DNA from: Candidatus Saliniplasma sp.
GTDB lineage: Archaea > Thermoplasmatota > Thermoplasmata > Halarchaeoplasmatales > Halarchaeoplasmataceae
Assembly (NCBI GenBank): GCA_046497075.1
Contig: JAWOGF010000050.1
Span: 17,772 to 81,771, forward strand
Reading direction: 5' to 3'
DNA length: 64,000 nucleotides
Under the pieces are notes generated by a model. That model was not told where the DNA came from. It searched no databases and worked only from the letters and a program-made list of their open reading frames with translations. The position numbers and the translations under genes are program-made. Of the stretch, positions 1-11,100 are shown piece after piece (positions within the stretch are counted from its first letter, which is position 1; each line of letters opens with the position of its first letter).

Positions 1-2412
1 ACCGTGAAAATAATTGATTCTGACCTGAAAAATAGTGGGGGTGTTGACATCCAGAAAGATGGAGAAGGCGATCTAATATTGGTCAACTCCTCTTTTGAGG
101 ATCATGAGGTCTCTGGTGAGGGTTACCTCGACATATACCACACCCAGGACTTCGTATTGAGTGATGAACACGGATCGATCTCGAACCGGGAAGTAGAGAT
201 ATTCCATAAGAACAATGCATGGAGTAAAAACTATACCACCGATCCTGATGGAAAGATAAAAGACGTAACATTACTCTGGAGAGGAGTAAATGAAACGGAT
301 ATCTTCAAGAAAACTTATGGTATTAGATACGATGGTAACCAAACGTATTTCTCACCCTCCAATTACAACCGAGTAAGTATCGATTTTTCTGAGGAAGCTC
401 GTTTGTATCTAACGGATGTGTCCGTAGACCCTGATTCATATATCCCTGTAAATAACTCCCTAGTCCCTCAGAACATCACTGTCAGTGTAGAAGGTAAAAA
501 TGATCTCATTTCTGACTACCATGGAAATATTTCGTTCTATTGGGGGGATACGTATATAGATAGATCCGAACTAGATGTGCTAGAGGGAGAGAAATTTAAC
601 TTCAGCTTCGATTGGACCCCTGATATAGAGGGATACGGAAAGGTCCGAGCAGTTTTAGATACAAAGGATAGTATGAGTGAGGATAATCTCGTTAGTTGGT
701 CTGAAACTTTTTTCGCAGGATACTACAACGAGAGTATCATCACTTACGAGAATTTTACGGAGAAATCACTCGAGATGCTGGAACACGGAGTTAGGAATGA
801 AGACGGTGAAGGACACTATACCATCTACGAGAACTGGCTCCCTGACGTACTGATGGAATGCGGCCTCAGTTACTTTGGAGCTTACGAAGTCACGGGTAAC
901 CTCAGTTATTATGAACGCGGGGAAAAGCAGTTCGATTATGCACTAGGCTTTAGAGACCAATGGGGGCTATACAACCGAAGCACATTTTATGAAGTCCGAG
1001 GAAGATTCGAAGATACCTATCACGAATGGAGTACCCATAGGAACGTAAGAGCAGCTCTGGCATTACAGCAGGCCTATCTTTACACAGGTAACGAAACATA
1101 CAAAAACGCAGCGGACCATATGATCGATTTCATTTTAGAAAAGGCTGCACGAGTGAATGTCACATACCACGACGGGACAGATTACAGTGTATTTTGGGAA
1201 TCCACGGAACCGAATGAGGGGAATGGAGGTATCAAGGGTACGAGTAAGAATTTTACATTTTTATTCGTAAACGGTTACATCCAACTTGGAAGATTGTTGA
1301 CTCAAGCTTACCACGATGAAAATATCAACAGCAGTTTCTACCAGAATGACAGTCTCCTCACACACATCAACACTTGCATGGAGTACTTGATCAACGATCA
1401 GATAGATTCTGGAGATTCAACCGGGACCTGGGCTTATTTCAGTTATTATGATGAACCGGATCCATGGAGACGGAGATCGATGATATACGCCGCTTTGACA
1501 GCAAAAGAATTGGCCAGAACCAACACATATCTACACTGGCAGAACATATCTAGGGCGATAAACAACTATACGGAATACGTAGAAGGAAGATTGGACCTTC
1601 GATCCGCTATAGATACCCATAACGGAGGGAACTCTAATATAATGGTTCTAAACCACTGGCGTTCTCTGTATAATACCACCGGTCGCAAACTTTCTAAGAT
1701 CGAGGATTTCATGTTCTCTAATATTTATTTCAATGATGATGGGACCACCAACAGTTATACGCTTTCAAGCGATAGAGCCCCGATCGATCCCCACGATTAT
1801 GGATTTTTATACGTGCACTATAATCCTCTCCGAACCATACTTTGGGATAAGTACTACGAGAGTAGAAAAGACTACTTTAGCTTAAATCTAAAATACGAAA
1901 ATGAAAGCGATGGATGGAACTTCCTTTCAACGAAGCTGGTCCCGGACTTAGTTGACTTAGAGGATATATTGGATCACCCAGATCATGGGATAGAGGGAAG
2001 TTATGATAAAGTGATATGGTATGATGCAGAGGTGAAAACCTGGAAAAGTCACATACCAGATAGAGATGAACACTTTAACGATTGGGGGAGTTGGGATCAC
2101 AGACAAGGCATATGGATACGCATGTTAGACGACGATGAATTGACCATCCAAGGCGTACGTCCATATAGTACCTATATCGAGCTTCACCCCGGTTGGAATA
2201 TGGTTGGGTATCCATCTGAGGGAACGAAAGAGGCTCAAGAATCATTACCTACTGAGGTTACAAAAGTCGCAGTCTTAAATGGCTCTAGGGAATACAATAT
2301 TGAATATAAATATGATCTTACGAACTGCTCTTTAGACCCGGGTAAGGGATATTGGATATTCAACAGCGCTGACGAGAAAGTGATATGGAATGTGGATTAC
2401 CACTATCACTAA
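1..2412 (+). CDS. Large secreted/surface protein, 5'-partial: Ig-like region, probable alpha/alpha-barrel glycan-active domain and C-terminal surface-protein domain
   Basis: Frame is open from base 1. Many N-x-S/T sequons. Helical aromatic repeats (AYEVTGNLSYY, AYLYTGNETYK) resemble six-hairpin glycosidase-like folds. C-terminal GWNFLS...LHPGWNMVGYPS...PGKGYWI motif resembles the tail of Thermoplasmata surface proteins. Confidence 0.6.
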   Translation, partial: TVKIIDSDLKNSGGVDIQKDGEGDLILVNSSFEDHEVSGEGYLDIYHTQDFVLSDEHGSISNREVEIFHKNNAWSKNYTTDPDGKIKDVTLLWRGVNETDIFKKTYGIRYDGNQTYFSPSNYNRVSIDFSEEARLYLTDVSVDPDSYIPVNNSLVPQNITVSVEGKNDLISDYHGNISFYWGDTYIDRSELDVLEGEKFNFSFDWTPDIEGYGKVRAVLDTKDSMSEDNLVSWSETFFAGYYNESIITYENFTEKSLEMLEHGVRNEDGEGHYTIYENWLPDVLMECGLSYFGAYEVTGNLSYYERGEKQFDYALGFRDQWGLYNRSTFYEVRGRFEDTYHEWSTHRNVRAALALQQAYLYTGNETYKNAADHMIDFILEKAARVNVTYHDGTDYSVFWESTEPNEGNGGIKGTSKNFTFLFVNGYIQLGRLLTQAYHDENINSSFYQNDSLLTHINTCMEYLINDQIDSGDSTGTWAYFSYYDEPDPWRRRSMIYAALTAKELARTNTYLHWQNISRAINNYTEYVEGRLDLRSAIDTHNGGNSNIMVLNHWRSLYNTTGRKLSKIEDFMFSNIYFNDDGTTNSYTLSSDRAPIDPHDYGFLYVHYNPLRTILWDKYYESRKDYFSLNLKYENESDGWNFLSTKLVPDLVDLEDILDHPDHGIEGSYDKVIWYDAEVKTWKSHIPDRDEHFNDWGSWDHRQGIWIRMLDDDELTIQGVRPYSTYIELHPGWNMVGYPSEGTKEAQESLPTEVTKVAVLNGSREYNIEYKYDLTNCSLDPGKGYWIFNSADEKVIWNVDYHYH

Positions 2413-2418
2413 AGATCT

Positions 2419-3864
2419 CTAACCTTTTACGAACTCTTTCACCAATCGGATATCCTTCTCACCGATACCTCCTATGGCGTAAAGGAACACGAAGTATAAC
2501 ACTATACCCAGAGGAAGGAGCCAGAGCACAGAGAACTGCAAGTTCAGTAGGATAGGTAAGTAAAGCAGGCCTCCCATCAGCAAACTCGACAGGTATGGCT
2601 TCCATACGTAGGAGATAGGTGCCGGAGATAGATGGGTACTGACTATATGATAATTGAGTAAAAAGTGTGTTATCTCCGCCAAAACGATAGCTACCGCCGC
2701 ACCTTCAGCACCGTATGGAGGTATCAGTAGGACGCCGCACAAGACCAGTACTGTCGAGGCGCCTAACAAATTTTTTGAAGAGTCGAACGTTCTATCACTG
2801 GACCAGAGTACCATCTTCAAACTACCATTCATGAACAGGAAGGGCAGCATCCAGACTATGGTTCTGAAGACCTGTATCGTCTGTTGATACTCTATAGCGT
2901 AAACCAATTCTAAGGCATCTTCAGCGATGACGTAAAGCCCTAACGTTAGTGGGAGAGATAAGATCAATAAAAATCTGAGTGTTTCTAGATAAGCATGCTC
3001 GATTGTATCTTTCCTAGATGTGTACAATCTGGAGAATACTGGATATACCGCCCTTCCGAAGGAATAGGGGACCACCCCTAAAAAGATGATCACCTTCCAA
3101 CTGGCACTATAAACACCTGTAGTAAAGCTATCACTTAAAAACGAAAGTAAAACGATGATGACCTGCCCATATATGACACTCACTGTGATGAAAAGTGTAA
3201 ATGGAGAAGATTTTTTTAAAAGTGGGACCCACCGCTTTAATGAAGGGTTAGTTATCTTTGAATCAGGTAACTTAGATTCATATATCCAAGCTGAAACGAA
3301 CAGATGGATCATGTAAGATATCAGCAGGAAGAGAAGTATTTTGAAAAGATCATAACCTAAGAAGATGGCAGAGATGCCGAGTAAAAGATACAACATCTTC
3401 CATATCAAAGTCGCATAGGCCTGGAGTTCCATTCGTTCCCGGGCTTGAAACTGAGCTGAGAAGGTATTCGATAATTTCTCGAATATCAGCATGGCTATAG
3501 CTACCATCAGGATAGCGTAAGGGATATCGATCTCTAGTCTTAGTAAGACAAAATGATAAACCACTGAAATAAAGAGTATGGTCAGCAAACCTAAAAATAT
3601 CCTCAAGAACAGAATGTCACTCAGATATCCGGACCCTTTATCCGGCTGTCTAGACACCTCCCTGATGGTCATCTCATCTAAACCCCAATCAACGACCACG
3701 GTGAATAGATAAGAAAAGGCTATCACGGCGTTGTATACTCCAAATGAGGAGGGCAGTAGATGATTGGCCAGCAATATGACAAAAACAGCACTGAGGATAC
3801 GGGCGATCATCTGTGCAGAAGTCAGCCATCCGGCGTTCTTTAATACCTTGATAGGGTCGGTCAC
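2419..3864 (-). CDS. Polysaccharide/oligosaccharide flippase (Wzx, MOP superfamily)
   Basis: 12-14 hydrophobic segments. Motifs KNAGWL...FGVY...DWGL..TIREVS, GVYSAS.K and LIPPYGAEGAA are typical of Wzx flippases. Confidence 0.9.
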   Translation of the reverse strand: MTDPIKVLKNAGWLTSAQMIARILSAVFVILLANHLLPSSFGVYNAVIAFSYLFTVVVDWGLDEMTIREVSRQPDKGSGYLSDILFLRIFLGLLTILFISVVYHFVLLRLEIDIPYAILMVAIAMLIFEKLSNTFSAQFQARERMELQAYATLIWKMLYLLLGISAIFLGYDLFKILLFLLISYMIHLFVSAWIYESKLPDSKITNPSLKRWVPLLKKSSPFTLFITVSVIYGQVIIVLLSFLSDSFTTGVYSASWKVIIFLGVVPYSFGRAVYPVFSRLYTSRKDTIEHAYLETLRFLLILSLPLTLGLYVIAEDALELVYAIEYQQTIQVFRTIVWMLPFLFMNGSLKMVLWSSDRTFDSSKNLLGASTVLVLCGVLLIPPYGAEGAAVAIVLAEITHFLLNYHIVSTHLSPAPISYVWKPYLSSLLMGGLLYLPILLNLQFSVLWLLPLGIVLYFVFLYAIGGIGEKDIRLVKEFVKG

Positions 3865-3918
3865 TGGATCACATATTTGTAATAGTTAGGATTTATAAAA
3901 GTTCTTTCTATAGGCAGC

Positions 3919-4962
3919 TTATTTACCGAAGTGTTCAAAAAGTCTTTTCATCCATCTGGTAACATCGATCTTATCTCTTAGAAGTCTTTTACGTGCGGCA
4001 TTGAAATCAACTTCAACTTCCTCTTCAAGTATCGAGCGAAGGGTGAAAAATGCGTCATGGATCGTATTTATCTGTGCACCTAATTCATAGTGCACTTCTT
4101 GATCCTCGAGATAACCTCTAGTTTTGTTAGAAAGGTATATCCACGGTACACCCAGCACACCGGCTTCCGAAGCTGTAGTAGCACCCTCACCGATGTACAT
4201 CCTTGAATACGCCAATATATCGTGAAATCTGTGCTCGGGGATATCCATGCTGTAACTTCTTATCGGTTGAGGTAAGGGGCCCTCGGAATCTACCACCACT
4301 TGACCATAATCACTCAACAGTCTTACTAGGTCTATCTTATCTCTCCTAGTGAGTACTCCCTCATCTGCCTGGTGTCTCGCATCGAAAGAAGAGAACCTCA
4401 CGATCGTGTAGTTTCTAGGGACCAAACCGAGTTTATGAACCACCCATTTTTCAGGTTCGAATCTATTAGGATGTAGATATGCGAGTTCGTGATAACCTCT
4501 GTATTTGAGATGTTTACCCTTCGGTACCTGACTCCGGTAGCAGTCTGGTGTTGCTATCACATCTGCACATGGGAATGTCAGTAGATTGGTGAATGTAGCT
4601 ATTTCAGTATCCATGAAATCTATTGTGGTTGAACCCAACATAGATCCGGCATGAACCGAGTATAATCCGCCTATAGAAGCCGTTATATCCGGTTCGAACT
4701 TTCGAGCTTTACTTACCAAAGAGAGATCATTATGCACGACCCCTATACCTTTACCCAATCTGCTTTTATAAGTCTTACCGAATGTCTCGTATTCAAAACC
4801 TAACAGGTCCATCAATGCAGTAGTATTTTCCCTTTCTTTGACCATCAGATTAAACTCGTGCCCCTCCTCTTCCATTTCCCAGATTAAGTTTTTGAAGAAA
4901 TGCACGTGTGCAGGGTGGGCTATGACGAGCAGGACCTTCAATTGTGACACCGCATAAAACAT
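3919..4962 (-). CDS. DUF354 family GT-B-fold protein (putative glycosyltransferase)
   Basis: HPAHVHFFK, DTE, YxGYHELAYLHP..F and GEGATTASEAGVLGVP are DUF354 signatures. Lies next to the flippase. Confidence 0.85.
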   Translation of the reverse strand: MFYAVSQLKVLLVIAHPAHVHFFKNLIWEMEEEGHEFNLMVKERENTTALMDLLGFEYETFGKTYKSRLGKGIGVVHNDLSLVSKARKFEPDITASIGGLYSVHAGSMLGSTTIDFMDTEIATFTNLLTFPCADVIATPDCYRSQVPKGKHLKYRGYHELAYLHPNRFEPEKWVVHKLGLVPRNYTIVRFSSFDARHQADEGVLTRRDKIDLVRLLSDYGQVVVDSEGPLPQPIRSYSMDIPEHRFHDILAYSRMYIGEGATTASEAGVLGVPWIYLSNKTRGYLEDQEVHYELGAQINTIHDAFFTLRSILEEEVEVDFNAARKRLLRDKIDVTRWMKRLFEHFGK

Positions 4963-5037
4963 AGTTGAGGGTAATATAAAGATAACCCAGGTTTCATCAG
5001 AAAATCCTTTAATCAGTTATATCTTTAAGGGTGCAAG

Positions 5038-5541
5038 ATGGACCTTATAGGAATATTGTTGAACGCTGGAAGTGACCCCCTCACTTATTCTATCATATTC
5101 TTCGTGTACGTCGTTCTAGCTGCAGTTGTACTTCCTATACCAGTGGAAATAGGTCTTTTCAATCCCTATATAAACCCCATCCTTTTGATAAGCATACTTG
5201 CTGTTGGTAAAGGAGTAGGCTCTTTCTTCGTTTTCGAGATCGGTACTAAGGCTAGAAAAAAGATGAAGAAGATATCTACCAGCAATTCGTTCATCAATAA
5301 GATAGTGGAATATTCTGAGTGGTTCGTCAAAAAATGGGGCTATTACGGTCTTCTTATAATCTTGAGTACACCCCTCATGATAGATTCTATCAGTCTTTAC
5401 CTCTTTTCACTACTCAATCCAGAGAAGAAAGGGGAAGGTATGGATATGAGGCCTTTCATCTTAGTGAATATAGTGGGGGGAGCTATCAGAGGGATTATAA
5501 CATTAGCCGTATTTTATTATGCAGGTATAAAACTGGCATGA
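5038..5541 (+). CDS. Small membrane protein, VTT/DedA(SNARE-associated)-like
   Basis: LPIPVE re-entrant-helix motif, GKGVGS, FVKKWGYYGL...STP and a C-terminal IR follow the VTT/DedA layout. Confidence 0.6.
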   Translation: MDLIGILLNAGSDPLTYSIIFFVYVVLAAVVLPIPVEIGLFNPYINPILLISILAVGKGVGSFFVFEIGTKARKKMKKISTSNSFINKIVEYSEWFVKKWGYYGLLIILSTPLMIDSISLYLFSLLNPEKKGEGMDMRPFILVNIVGGAIRGIITLAVFYYAGIKLA

Positions 5542-5593
5542 GATGGGCCGTCCCTCGATAAAATTTTATAAGACTACATCAGTTGTTTCATTG

Positions 5594-6166
5594 ATGAACT
5601 GGATCATACTACTTCTATTTACTTTTGGGATAGTGGCCTTGGCTGAAATCGGAGATAAAACCCAGTTGATGACCATATCTCTCGCTTCAAAATACCATGT
5701 AAAACCTGTATTTTGGGGTATATTTTTAGGTATGGGTCTGATAACCGTAGTAGGGGTAGTTGTAGGTACCGTTTTATACAGCTTTATTCCCCCATATTAT
5801 GTGAAAGTTCTTGCATCACTCATCTTCATCTTTTTTGGAGTGTACTCGCTCTACCAGGAAGAAACCGAAGATGAAGAAGATTTCAGCAGTAAAAAGATAT
5901 TCACTACTTCTTTTTTTCTAGCACTGGTGGCTGAATTCGGGGATAAAACTCAACTGGTTGTCATAGCGCTCACCGCACAGTATGAAGCTCCCATCGTTGT
6001 ACTTCTCGGAGCCCTAGCAGGTCTCGGTCTAGTTATCGGTATCGGTGTTGCCTTCGGTTCAAAATTGACCGAGATTGTAGAAAAAGAAAAGATCGAACTG
6101 GCGGCCTCGCTGTTATTCATCATCGTCGGAGTCATCTCCCTGGTAAATACTCTTTTTTGGGGATAA
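5594..6166 (+). CDS. TMEM165/GDT1 (UPF0016) Ca2+/Mn2+ transporter
   Basis: Two E-x-G-D-K-T-Q-L motifs (AEIGDKTQL, AEFGDKTQL). Start placed at ATG 5594; the ORF track extends to 5543. Confidence 0.92.
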   Translation: MNWIILLLFTFGIVALAEIGDKTQLMTISLASKYHVKPVFWGIFLGMGLITVVGVVVGTVLYSFIPPYYVKVLASLIFIFFGVYSLYQEETEDEEDFSSKKIFTTSFFLALVAEFGDKTQLVVIALTAQYEAPIVVLLGALAGLGLVIGIGVAFGSKLTEIVEKEKIELAASLLFIIVGVISLVNTLFWG

Positions 6167-6197
6167 ATAATATTATTTCGCTCTGTTATCACCAATC

Positions 6198-6734
6198 ATG
6201 TCTAGGTGGAAATGTAAAGATAGCAGGGTGGTAGCAACCTCTACGTTGTTTACACTCAGAGAAGATGACGTGGTACTAAAGAACGACGTTGAAAAAACAT
6301 ACACTATATTGGATATGCCAGATTTTGCTGGTGTCATCCCCGTCATAGATGATAAACTGGTTATGATCAAGAACTATCGTTACCCAATCGATGAGATGGT
6401 ATTGGAACTACCTGCGGGACTCATAGATGAGGGTGAAAAACCTATCGATACTGCTAGACGGGAACTAAAAGAGGAAACTGGATACGTTTTGAAGGATGCT
6501 GAGAAAATCATAGAATATCACCCAATAGCTAGCCTGAACACTCAAACAGCTCACCTTTTCCTAGGGGAAGCAGAAGAGGGGGCATCGGTGAATAGGGATA
6601 TCGGGGAGGATATCGAAGTTGAATTAATTCCGATCAAAAAAGTATATGAGATGTTAAGAAAAAAAGAGATATCACACCCCCACACTATCATAGCCCTATT
6701 TTACTGTGAAAATGTGTTATGTGAAAGAACCTGA
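6198..6734 (+). CDS. NUDIX hydrolase, ADP-ribose pyrophosphatase-like
   Basis: YRYP..LELPAG followed by the Nudix box GLIDEGEKPIDTARRELKEETGY. Confidence 0.9.
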   Translation: MSRWKCKDSRVVATSTLFTLREDDVVLKNDVEKTYTILDMPDFAGVIPVIDDKLVMIKNYRYPIDEMVLELPAGLIDEGEKPIDTARRELKEETGYVLKDAEKIIEYHPIASLNTQTAHLFLGEAEEGASVNRDIGEDIEVELIPIKKVYEMLRKKEISHPHTIIALFYCENVLCERT

Positions 6735-6821
6735 GAATTCATGTATTTACTAAAAATAGAATATATTCCAATAAAGACCGAAAATGTTTATAGATAAAAA
6801 TTAATTTCGGAAGGCTTGTTT

Positions 6822-8180
6822 ATGGCAAAGAAGGTAAAAAGCGAGAGCGGTACTATATTTTGTTCATACTGCGGTACCGCCGTGAAAAAAGGGGACGATA
6901 CTTGTCCGAGTTGTGGAGAGGAACTAGAAGAAGAGATCGTAGAGGGAAAAGTATGTCCCGCCTGTGGAAACCCTGTTGAAAGTTTGGATGGATCATGTCC
7001 AAATTGCGGTATAGACCTATCTAAAACACCATCTGAAGCAGACCAAGACGACGAATTCCTTTCTAAACTTCTAGGATGGGGAGACGAGACGGAGGGAGAA
7101 TTAGAAAAGAAGATCGAGGAAAAACGCAAAGCAGTAGAAGTTTTTAAAAAGGTTGCTGGCGGGGAGGGAGGTAGTAAAGAAAGTAAAGAAAGTAAAGAAA
7201 GTAAAGATAGTAAAGATAGTAAAGAAAGTAAAGAAAGTAAAGATAAGAAAGAAAAAGATGAGGTCGAAGTGGAAATATCTTATGACTATATGGTCGAACC
7301 CTTCGAGAAAGTGGTAAATTCCACGGAAGAAAATCTCAACGACATAAAATCTGAAATGGTAAAAGTACGCGAGGAACTCGATGAAGCTGAGGGCAAGGAA
7401 AAAGAAAGACTTCAAGAGAAACTAAAATCATTGGAGAGCAGAAAATCAAGATTCCATAAGATAATATCCAACATCGAAGAGATGGATAGAGCCGTGGAAA
7501 GATTATTGGAAAACCAAAGAATAGAACTCGAGGAAAAACAGGAAGAGCTTAAAGACCGTATCAGAGAATTTAAAAAGGTTGTAAAAAAGAAGGATAAGGA
7601 AAGGGAAAACATCGAAGATAAGAAAAACAAACTGGAGGAAAAAGAAGAAAAACTAAAAGAGAGAGAGATGAAACTCAGCGTTTGGGAGGAAAACCTGAGG
7701 AAGAAGGAAAAGGAGTTAGAAGCTGAGGTAGGCCAATACAAAGAAAGCGAGGAGACTCTTGAAAAGATCGAGGAGGATATGCCAGAAGAGGGAAAGGTTA
7801 CCAAAGAAGAATGGTTAGAGGAACAAAAGAAGATCCAGAAAGAACTGTTCGATCTGAAAGATATGTGGGATGATGAAGAGGAAACGATAGATATCAGCGA
7901 AGACTCGATACCGGTAGTAAAAAAGAAACTTAAGGAGAAAGAAGAACTCTGGAAAAAAAAGATCAAGGACCTCAAAGAAGAGTTGGATGAAGTTCGTAAA
8001 GAAAAAGAAAAGATGAGAGAAAAAACCCTCGAGATGGATGTTAAACAAGAAGAGGTGGAGACCATATTATCCGTACTAGATGATCTACTAGGTAATTTAC
8101 CAGATGAACGTATCCATGAATTTGCAAAATCCAAGCATTTTGAACTTTATGAGAAGGTATTGGATGCTTTCGATGTATAA
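6822..8180 (+). CDS. Double zinc-ribbon + long coiled-coil protein with compact C-terminal helical domain
   Basis: Four CxxC(G) motifs at the N-terminus, an SKE/SKD repeat linker, E/K-rich heptads, and C-terminal VLDDLLGNLPDERIHEFAKSKHFELYEKVL. Confidence 0.75.
   Translation: MAKKVKSESGTIFCSYCGTAVKKGDDTCPSCGEELEEEIVEGKVCPACGNPVESLDGSCPNCGIDLSKTPSEADQDDEFLSKLLGWGDETEGELEKKIEEKRKAVEVFKKVAGGEGGSKESKESKESKDSKDSKESKESKDKKEKDEVEVEISYDYMVEPFEKVVNSTEENLNDIKSEMVKVREELDEAEGKEKERLQEKLKSLESRKSRFHKIISNIEEMDRAVERLLENQRIELEEKQEELKDRIREFKKVVKKKDKERENIEDKKNKLEEKEEKLKEREMKLSVWEENLRKKEKELEAEVGQYKESEETLEKIEEDMPEEGKVTKEEWLEEQKKIQKELFDLKDMWDDEEETIDISEDSIPVVKKKLKEKEELWKKKIKDLKEELDEVRKEKEKMREKTLEMDVKQEEVETILSVLDDLLGNLPDERIHEFAKSKHFELYEKVLDAFDV
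7173..7244 (+). repeat. In-frame 9-bp tandem repeat (AGTAAAGA[A/T]) x8 encoding SKE/SKD
   Basis: Read directly from the sequence; matches SKESKESKESKDSKDSKESKESKD in the protein. Confidence 0.95.
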
Positions 8181-8192
8181 GGAGTAATAGAC

Positions 8193-11100
8193 ATGGGACT
8201 CAGAGAAAAGGCGAAGAAGGCACTAGAAGAAGAGGAAAAAACCTCTGAAGAACTAGAAAAGGAGGAAGAAAGAGTTGAAGATCTGGAGAAAGATATAAAA
8301 GAACTGGAGGAACGCAGATCCGAACTCGAGGATATTGTAAGTGGATTAGAAGATGAAAAGGAAGGACTTGAAGAGAAGAAAAAGGAATTCGAAAATGTTA
8401 AGGAACGGATCAAAGAATCTGTTGAAAGAAAGCAGGAACTTGAAGAGAATATCCAAAAGCTTGAATCGAGATATGAAGAACTAAAATCCAAAAGAGAAGA
8501 ATTTGAAGAGTTGGCAGAAGAGTACGATGAGATTCAGCAGAAAAAGGAGAGTCTTGAAGAGGAGATCGATGAGCTACAAGGTACAAAAGATGAACTTTCG
8601 GAGAGTAAGGAGGAAGTCGAAGAATCTAAAGAAAGATTAGAAGGGGAGATCGAAGAACTGGAAAATAGAAAAGATGAACTTATAGAAAGTGAAGAAGAAT
8701 TAGAGACGGTGAAAGAAGATGTTGAAGAGCTTATACAAAAGAGAGAAACACTTGAAGAGGATATCGAGGAGTTAGAGAAGGGAAAAGAAGAACTCACGAC
8801 CTCAAAAGAGGAATTGGAGGAGAAATCAGAGAAGCTCGATAAAAGGATGAAAGAATTGGAAAAAGAAAAGGAGAGATTGGAAGAGGATAAAGGGGAGATA
8901 GAGGAACTAAAAAAGGAATTAGAAGAAAAAAGGAAGATATTAGAAGAGGAAGAGAAAAAATTCGAAGAGCGAAAGGAAGAACTAGATGGGAAAGAAAAAG
9001 ATTTAAATGAAAAAGAAAAAAGGTTACAACAGAAAGAACAAGGGTTAGAGGATAAAGAACAAGGGTTAGAGGATAAAGAACAAGATATAGATGAAAGGAT
9101 CAGCGAATTGAACGAGAGAGAGGAAGAACTCAAAAAACTCAAGAAAAGTATCGACGGTAAGAAAGGTGCTCTACAGAGATCCAAGAATAAATTGGAAGAA
9201 CAGGAAGAAAAACTGGAGGAACGGAAAAAGGAGCTTGAGAAGAAAGAAAAAGATTTGAGGGAAGAACTCAAAAAAGAACTCCTTGAAGAGAAAAAAGAGG
9301 AATTGGAATCGCTGGAGGCTTCTTTGGAAGAGAAAAGAGATGAGGAAGAACAGCTGGAAGAAAAAATACAGGATTATAGTGAGAGAATAAATGAAATAGA
9401 GGAGAGGGAAGAAGAATTAGATGAAAAAGAGGAAGAACTGAAGCAGAAGGATAATGAACTGGTGGAACGGAGTTCTCTCCTGGATGATAGGGAACAGGGT
9501 ATCGAAGAGAAAGAAGAAAAGATAGATGAAGCAGAAGAAAAGTTGGCAGAATTGGAGGACAAAGATACAAAACTGGAAGAGTGGCACGGGGAACTAGAGG
9601 ATAAAGAAGAAACATTGGATGAGAAAAAAACAGAACTAACTAATCTCGAAAAAACCCTTGAAGATAAAGAAGTGAAGATCGAAGAGAAGGAAGAGGATCT
9701 AGAAGCAAAGGAAGATAGATTATCCGAAAAAGAAAATGAACTAGAAGATAAATCAAAAGAATTAGAAGAAAGGGAAAACAAGATCGATGAAAGATTGTCG
9801 AAGGTGGAACAGAGGGAAGAAGAGATAGAAGAATTAAAGGATTCCCTCGCTAGTAAAGAAGAAGAGCTAGAATCAAGAGAAGAAAATTTAGAGGAAAAAG
9901 AAGATGAGTTAGATAGGTTAGAGGGAGATCTAGAAAAGAGGCGTCAAGAAGTAACTGATACTGAAGCAAGTCTTGAACAAAGGGAAGAAGAATTGATCGA
10001 TTGGGAAGAGGAGATAGAGGCAAGGGAGGAAGATGTATCTGAGGAAAGAACGAGGTTAGAAGAAAAAGATGATGAGTTGGACCAGAAAGAGAAGGAATTA
10101 AAAAAATTGGAAAATGAACTGGAAGATAGAGAGGAACGGTTGGAGAGTTTAGAAGACGATCTGGATGAGGTGCAAAAAGAGCTCGTAGACCGGGAAGAAA
10201 ACATAAGAACCAAAGAGAAGGATTTAGAAGAAAAGGAAGAGGAACTGCAAAATTTCGAAGCCGAGCTTCAAGGATGGGAAGATAATCTAAAATCAAAAGA
10301 GGAAGATTTGGATACAAAAGAATCCGAGCTTCAAGGATGGGAGGAGGACTTAAAGGAAAAGGAGGGTGGATTGGACACTAGAGAAGAAGCGATAAATGAG
10401 AGAGAAGTAGAGCAGGACGAACTGGAAGACACCCTACAGGAAAGAAAAGAAGAACTAGGTAAAAAAGAGAATCACCTGATCGAATGGGAAGCAGAAGTGG
10501 AAGAGAGAGAGAAAAAATTGGATGAGCTTCAGAAAGAACTTGAAGGTAAAGAAGAAAATCTAGATACTATAGAGGATGAACTAGATGAGCGAACTTCAAA
10601 GGTGGAACAGCAGGAAAAAGAGTTAGAGGATAGAGAAGAAAAGATCGATGAAAGAGAAAAGACACTCAACGAAAAAGAAGATGAATTGGACCAGAAAGAG
10701 AGCGAGATAGAAGCAGAAAGAGATGAACTGGAAGAAGAAAAAGAAGGACTGCTCCAATTACGTGAGGAACTGAATAAATTTGATGACACTCTCGATGAGA
10801 AGCAGAAAGAGTTGGAGGGTGAGAGGAGTGAATTCGAAGACAAAGTGGAGATCAAGGAAGAGGAGCTAAGAAAAGAAAGGTCGTCTCTGGAAGAGAAGAA
10901 AGAACTACTAGCTGAAAAAGAAGAAAAGTTGAGTGATCTTGAGAAAGACCTATCGCAGAGAGAGGGGCGCGTATCTAAAAAAGAGAATACTTTGGACGAA
11001 TTAAAAGAGGAGCTAGGTGAAAGAGAAAGGGAAGTAAAAGAAAGGGAGAATGGACTAGACTTACTCCAAGAGGAATTAGAGGATTGGAGAGATGAGTTAT

